DNA of 63,484 nt, filler included, from Choristocarpus tenellus KU-1152 (taxonomy: Eukaryota > Protista > Phaeophyceae): the NCBI GenBank assembly GCA_964200185.2. It is 6 parts of 6 records of this genome, joined end to end, with 100 filler letters (N's around TTAATTAATTAA, not from the genome) between each part and the next. Parts side by side here need not be neighbours in the genome. Positions count along the whole stretch, not along the records: positions 60,698 to 63,484 come from CAXNAD020024761.1; 5 more parts are not named here. One strand, written 5' to 3'. The position numbers were made by a program, and so were the translations under genes. Under the pieces are notes generated by a model. It did not search any database. It saw only the letters and a program-made list of their open reading frames with translations, and had not been told where the DNA came from. This document shows positions 63,460 through 63,484 of this stretch, in pieces (within the stretch, counting starts at the first letter, position 1; each line of letters opens with the position of its first letter).

Positions 63460-63484
63460 ATCTCAAGTATCTGGGGGGAGGGGG

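Overview
Eukaryotic, intron-rich genomic DNA, most likely a photosynthetic stramenopile such as a brown alga or relative. This is inferred from TTAGGG motifs, long introns, a plasmepsin-V-like protease, a GH16 glucanase and Copia elements. The window is not one locus. It is six contigs (1-29013, 29114-43690, 43791-51188, 51289-55377, 55478-60597, 60698-63484) joined by artificial 100-nt N44-TTAATTAATTAA-N44 linkers, so nothing should be inferred across the joins. Genes reconstructed by hand-splicing: a large ARM/HEAT-repeat protein, an unknown multi-exon gene or pseudogene next to a 56-bp hairpin-rich tandem array, a head-to-head EF-hand / coiled-coil gene pair, part of an ABCC (MRP) transporter, a plasmepsin V/ASP5-like aspartic protease and the 3' part of a GH16 beta-1,3-glucanase. 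Mobile DNA: about 12 copies of a ~255-bp MITE (GAG...CTC termini, 4-bp TSDs, Sola2-like), a related poly-G MITE at several contig breaks, two decayed Copia elements with LTRs, an older intronic Copia relic, and two foldback elements. The most notable signals are four. The protease keeps the Arg-binding S3 residues and has its own RxL motif. CpG is rich at gene 5' ends but depleted in gene bodies. Several introns appear to use GC-AG splicing. The Sola2-like MITE pair is very dense.
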